This document shows, piece by piece, positions 60,689 through 64,000 of a stretch of DNA of 64,000 bases. The stretch comes from a virus (taxonomy: Duplodnaviria; Caudoviricetes), in IMG/VR virus record IMGVR_UViG_3300035501_001769, positions 8,158-72,157 of that record; one strand, written 5' to 3'. Both the position numbers and the translations under genes were made by a program. The notes under the pieces were generated by a model. It searched no databases, was not told the DNA's origin, and saw only the letters and a list, made by a program, of their open reading frames with translations. Within the stretch, counting starts at the first letter, position 1; every line of letters begins with the position of its first letter.

Positions 60689-61282
60689 ATGTCTAAGAAG
60701 AATCAACTAACAACAAGTGACCATCTGAAATTTGAAGAATACCAACGCCTTTTAGCTGCATTGCATAAAGATAAAAAGTATTTCTGGGAAATGTTTGCCG
60801 TTTTATCCTTTTGTACAGCTTGCCGCGTTTCTGATGTACTCCGTTTCCGCTGGTGTGATGTTTTAAATGCTAAACAATGTACCGTGTGCGAGAAAAAGAC
60901 AAGTAAAAGCCGTATGATACCTTTTAACATGGAAGTCGCTACAAAATTCCGTCAGCTTTACCGACTAATGGGCGAGCCGGACAAAAGTGGTTACATCTTT
61001 TCAAACAAAGGCGATAAACCTATTACCGTTCAGTTCATCAACAGAAAGCTGAAGGAGTTTAAGGATATTTATGAGCTTGATATTGACAATTTTTCGACAC
61101 ACACATTCCGCAAAACATTCGGTCGCTATGTGTACGACCAAAACAACCATAGCGCAGAGTCTTTGCTTTTGCTTAATCAAATTCTCAATCACTCGAATTT
61201 GAACGTGACAAAACGATACATAGGCATCACAGCTGAGGAAATCGGTAACGTATTCCAATCTATAAATTTATGCTGGAAATAA
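60689..61282 (+). CDS. Short tyrosine recombinase (catalytic domain only)
   Basis: TACRVSD (R), EKKT (K), HTFRKT (HxxR), LNHS (H), TKRY (Y); 197 aa. Confidence 0.9.
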   Translation: MSKKNQLTTSDHLKFEEYQRLLAALHKDKKYFWEMFAVLSFCTACRVSDVLRFRWCDVLNAKQCTVCEKKTSKSRMIPFNMEVATKFRQLYRLMGEPDKSGYIFSNKGDKPITVQFINRKLKEFKDIYELDIDNFSTHTFRKTFGRYVYDQNNHSAESLLLLNQILNHSNLNVTKRYIGITAEEIGNVFQSINLCWK

Positions 61283-61283
61283 T

Positions 61284-61808
61284 ATGGGAGTCGATTTGAG
61301 CAAGTGGTTAATGGCTTGTGAGGTTTGCGGAAAGTCAGTGGACTTTGCAGAAATCATAAACGAGGACTGGAAAGTCCATCTGGCTGACTGTAAAAAATGT
61401 GTGGAATGTGCATACTGGGATGAAATAATGGATAATCGACCTGAACATGAACAGGTCATTAGGGGTTATCTTTATGACTTCCCAAACACGCCCAACCCCA
61501 GAAGTACAACCGCTCGTTACATATACACCAACTCAGGCGATGTGATGTCATCTTACCGAGCTGTGTGCTATGGGAAAATTCCCGACCGATTGCGTGAACA
61601 TTTTCCCGACACAGCGAGGTTCATCACAAAAGAACAGTACCAAATCATGGTCAACAACGAAGATTACAGCTGCCGTAGCAAAGGCTGTTGGGATAGAACC
61701 CACTGCTTTTGGTATAAGCTGAAGGAGATGGATTGGAATAAAATCCCTGCTTCGCATAAGATAGGTGATGAGCATTGCCCGACATTCATTAATAAGTATT
61801 CATTTTAA
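61284..61808 (+). CDS. Cys-rich hypothetical protein
   Basis: CEVC...CKKCVEC and later C-x4-C-x5-C. Confidence 0.6.
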   Translation: MGVDLSKWLMACEVCGKSVDFAEIINEDWKVHLADCKKCVECAYWDEIMDNRPEHEQVIRGYLYDFPNTPNPRSTTARYIYTNSGDVMSSYRAVCYGKIPDRLREHFPDTARFITKEQYQIMVNNEDYSCRSKGCWDRTHCFWYKLKEMDWNKIPASHKIGDEHCPTFINKYSF

Positions 61809-61829
61809 AACCATAATAAACGACCTGAT

Positions 61830-62399
61830 ATGCTTACAACTCTTGTTCTTGGCGGCACCGTTGTCGCTGCAACAACCGTCAGTTATTTAATCCTATCGAA
61901 CAAAATTAAAGAACTAAAGACCGTCATCAACTCGCACGATGATGAGGTAAAACTTAATACACCCGATAATATTGAATTAATGAGCCAACTGGTTAACATA
62001 ACCGTTACTCAAAACAACGTACTTCGGGAACTTATCAGCTCTAAACGACAACTAAGAGATGATATAAGCTCGGTTAAGACTGAAATCAAACACCTCGATC
62101 AGAAAGTCGATACAATGATGGCAGTTGAAAAAGACAACATACTCGATAGACGCATTGCCAGCTTTCTGTCAATGCACCACCATCGTTACTCCATCATTGA
62201 AAAGCAACGCACAGCTATCGAAAATGAGCAGTATTCACTGGCTCATGCTTACGAAACTCTCGCCAACGATATGGAACGCTACATCATTGACGGTAGACGC
62301 TTCTTTGAAATGACCAAGGATTTGGATCTGCAAGTTAACTTAGAGTTTATGAATGACAAGCAAACCGACAACACGACAGATAAGGAGGCTGAATGTTAA
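61830..62399 (+). CDS. N-terminally membrane-anchored coiled-coil protein
   Basis: Hydrophobic MLTTLVLGGTVVAATTVSYLIL followed by heptad-rich sequence. Confidence 0.65.
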   Translation: MLTTLVLGGTVVAATTVSYLILSNKIKELKTVINSHDDEVKLNTPDNIELMSQLVNITVTQNNVLRELISSKRQLRDDISSVKTEIKHLDQKVDTMMAVEKDNILDRRIASFLSMHHHRYSIIEKQRTAIENEQYSLAHAYETLANDMERYIIDGRRFFEMTKDLDLQVNLEFMNDKQTDNTTDKEAEC

Positions 62400-62506
62400 C
62401 CATCATCTTTACAATAACGCTTGCGATATTAGTCGAGAAGCTGGGAGATAGATTAAACCTCATTTGGGTAAGTCATAAACTCTCAGATAAGGAGGCTGGA
62501 TGTTAG
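62393..62506 (+). CDS. Small 37-aa hydrophobic protein (not in the ORF track)
   Basis: MLTIIFTITLAILVEKLG...DKEAGC; AGGAGG 5 nt before the ATG. Confidence 0.5.
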   Translation: MLTIIFTITLAILVEKLGDRLNLIWVSHKLSDKEAGC

Positions 62507-62679
62507 CTGCAATTTTGATGATAATTTGTGCTGCATGGGTATTCGTTAAGGCGGTCGATGTTGACTGCCACGATTGCCCATTGCGGCATGAATGTCAAGA
62601 CGCTCAAAGAAAGAAAATAATCAAGCTATGCAATAATAGCAAACCTCTAAAAACGAGCCAAATGACTCGTAAAATCTAA
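62500..62679 (+). CDS. Small 59-aa membrane-anchored Cys-rich protein (not in the ORF track)
   Basis: MLAAILMIICAAWVFVKAVDVDCHDCPLRHEC...; AGGAGG before the ATG. Confidence 0.5.
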   Translation: MLAAILMIICAAWVFVKAVDVDCHDCPLRHECQDAQRKKIIKLCNNSKPLKTSQMTRKI

Positions 62680-62697
62680 CAATTAAATTAATCAGCC

Positions 62698-63096
62698 ATG
62701 AGTAAAAATGATTTGAGTGCTGAAGTGCCTATTCTTGACATTTTCGGCGAAATGACTTCTAAAGTGCTTATCGCTTTAGCCATTCAGTACATTGCCAAAG
62801 CGACGGATGAGTCAGGTGGCTTGGCAGAGTTTAACATGGAAAGGATTGCCTACTTGTGCGATGTTCCTGAAAAAGAAGTCAAACAAGCAGTTAAAATTCT
62901 TGAAAATGCCGGCATTGTGATGATTATTGGCGGTAGTTATCGGATGGATGCTCAAAACTACTCGGTAATTGCCCATACATACCGTATGTTGTCGCCTGAG
63001 AAACGTCTAAAATTCGCTCAGGCTATCCAATCTTGCGATAGCGATACAATGGGTTTAATGATGTTGGAAGTTATATTTAATTTGGCAATCAAGTAA
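62698..63096 (+). CDS. Winged-helix DNA-binding protein
   Basis: MERIAYLCDVPEKEVKQAVKILENAGIV HTH pattern. Confidence 0.65.
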   Translation: MSKNDLSAEVPILDIFGEMTSKVLIALAIQYIAKATDESGGLAEFNMERIAYLCDVPEKEVKQAVKILENAGIVMIIGGSYRMDAQNYSVIAHTYRMLSPEKRLKFAQAIQSCDSDTMGLMMLEVIFNLAIK

Positions 63097-63136
63097 GTCA
63101 AATTCAGTATAAAACAACTATAAGGAAGGATTTTAA

Positions 63137-64000
63137 ATGGAAGTGATTAACAAAGCACCTTATGGCACTCATTGGCGTTCAACAATACAAATACTTGGGC
63201 CTAATGTTGGAGCTGTCTTTACTGAAATCTATGATGATTATATGCTTGCCTATCGTACCAACACTCTCGATAATTTTAAAATTTCAGCCAGTAAATTATC
63301 GAGCCAGCTTGCTCCGAGAATTAGCAAGAGAACAATCCAACGAGCTTTGGATTACTTGTTGCACATCGAATTAATTAATAGAACAAAGACCGCTGTTAAT
63401 GATAGGTTTTTTCTCTTATTGATTAATACATTTGTCACCCTGAGCAAAGACAACAAACAGAAGTTTATAGACCTCTTAGATGCCGGCAATATTATAGCAA
63501 TCCACCAATGGCTAAACTACACCCCCGGTGAGATAATTACAGTAGTTGATAGTTCAGGTAAAGAAATAAACTTGTCACCGTGTCACCCTTCTTGGTATCG
63601 TGTGCCACAGAGTCACCCCAACAATATGACGGATTTAACAGAAGGGTGTCACAGTGGCACACTTTTATCCGAGGGGGTGTCACAGTGGCACACTTTTGCG
63701 GAAAATCAAGGGGGTGACACAGTGGCACTTTTCGATGGGGGTGTCACATTGGCGCAAAAAAGTGCCACTGTGGCACAAAAAAGTGCCAATGTGACACCCA
63801 ATATAAATAATAATAATATATATAATAATATATCTACAAGTAATAAACAAGTTAATAATATTAAACAAGTAGATAATATTAATAATCAAGTTATGAATAA
63901 TAATAAAGGGTATAATAAAGATAATTATAACTTAAAAGATAATATAGTTACATTTGGAAACTTGTTTTCAAATGTAACCAATAGGGGGGGGGAACGTTGA
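63137..64000 (+). CDS. Putative replication initiator (wHTH N-terminus, internal iterons, N-rich linker; lambda O-like layout)
   Basis: SASKLS...ISKRTIQRALDYLLHIELI HTH; repeats and an AT-rich tract inside the CDS. Confidence 0.6.
   Translation: MEVINKAPYGTHWRSTIQILGPNVGAVFTEIYDDYMLAYRTNTLDNFKISASKLSSQLAPRISKRTIQRALDYLLHIELINRTKTAVNDRFFLLLINTFVTLSKDNKQKFIDLLDAGNIIAIHQWLNYTPGEIITVVDSSGKEINLSPCHPSWYRVPQSHPNNMTDLTEGCHSGTLLSEGVSQWHTFAENQGGDTVALFDGGVTLAQKSATVAQKSANVTPNINNNNIYNNISTSNKQVNNIKQVDNINNQVMNNNKGYNKDNYNLKDNIVTFGNLFSNVTNRGGER
63573..63799. repeat. Iteron-like repeat array (candidate origin)
   Basis: Perfect 23-bp GGGTGTCACAGTGGCACACTTTT at 63644 and 63675; variants at 63712 and 63738; inverted copy at 63779-63799. 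Confidence 0.8.

Noticed and set aside
63573-63799. Possible CRISPR array
   Set aside because: Intervening sequences are only about 6-14 bp, orientation is mixed, the array lies inside a CDS and no cas genes are present; iterons fit better.
1-64000. Stop-codon reassignment as in some gut Bacteroidota phages
   Set aside because: Long genes are intact and densely packed under code 11; no fragmentation was seen.
1-64000. tRNA or rRNA genes
   Set aside because: No cloverleaf, T-loop or rRNA signatures were recognised in the short intergenic regions.

Overview
A 64-kb slice of a large contractile-tailed dsDNA phage that uses the standard genetic code. The host is most likely an anaerobic Bacteroidota bacterium, inferred from TAnnTTTG promoters, a DUF4494-like gene, a Bacteroidota-type sheath and capsid, and nrdDG. 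Positions 1-55.7 kb read almost entirely on the minus strand. In transcription order they encode portal, head, capsid, sheath, tube, tape measure, baseplate and tail-fibre genes, then thyX-nrdDG, SSB, SbcCD, RuvC, a phage sigma factor, DnaB, a methyltransferase, primase, DnaE (N-half only) and a Pif1 helicase. Positions 55.9-64 kb read on the plus strand and encode dUTPase, a BRO protein, NAD-dependent ligase, a short tyrosine recombinase and an iteron-containing putative replication initiator. Highlights: (1) A complete diversity-generating retroelement sits in the tail operon. Its 112-bp template repeat (TR) and variable repeat (VR) differ only at TR adenines, and the TR lies in frame inside the 5' end of the RT ORF. 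(2) DnaE is split just before its catalytic PDID motif and ends in an apparently catalytically dead intein-like (Hint) tail. (3) A CTATTCT motif sits just upstream of many virion genes and of avd, a candidate promoter for the phage sigma factor. (4) GTGnCAC-based iterons plus an AT-rich tract suggest a plasmid-like origin. (5) An unannotated -1 frameshift extension follows the tail chaperone. All calls come from motif recognition by eye; no database searches were run.
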